64,000 nucleotides of DNA from Azolla caroliniana (lineage: Eukaryota; Plantae; Polypodiophyta). A model generated the notes under the pieces. That model was not told where the DNA came from. It worked only from the letters and a program-made list of their open reading frames with translations, and ran no database searches. This document shows positions 63,814 to 64,000 of the stretch, in pieces (the first letter of the stretch is position 1; every line of letters starts with the position of its first letter). The stretch is taken from assembly GCA_043228905.1 (NCBI GenBank), contig JBHGNT010000004.1:17794001-17858000 (forward strand). Reading direction: 5' to 3'. The translations under genes were made by a program, and so were the position numbers.

Positions 63814-64000
63814 ATGCTTCAATTTTACATTTCATTCTATGCTTCCCTCATCATTATGCTACGGTACTTTCTTTCTTTTTGGTAAAATCACACAATTATA
63901 TTAATTGCATGTAAAAAAACCCCTATTACAACTTGTAAGTCAACTTTACATATCTACATAGAGAGATACATATTCATATCATTACAAACTATGAATATGT

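Overview
Eukaryotic (plant; by inference a moss such as Physcomitrium) heterochromatic block made almost entirely of nested, mostly decayed LTR retrotransposons. I found no intact host gene. The dominant group is a tRNA-Trp-primed Ty3/gypsy family with TGTCG...CGACA LTR ends: ten insertions (three two-LTR elements, three truncated elements, four solo LTRs). Also present are a young tRNAi-Met-primed chromovirus, several Ty1/copia elements, remnants of a Tat/Athila-like gypsy with an extra ORF, a Tcn1-like fragment and one end of a CACTA-like DNA transposon. Three highlights: (1) the CACTA-like fragment (24650-27461) carries a degenerate, intron-containing gene for a bacterial-type beta-class amino (N4-C/N6-A) DNA methyltransferase; (2) all ten Trp-family insertion sites are CpG-centred 4-mers (NCGN) or their deamination products, seen as 4-bp duplications wherever both ends survive; (3) four copies of that family conserve a slippery site (G_GAU_UUU in three, G_AAU_UUU in one) followed by a stop codon and an H-type pseudoknot, placing a -1 frameshift between protease and reverse transcriptase. 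All coordinates and counts were read by eye; lineage names are inferences and no database search was run.
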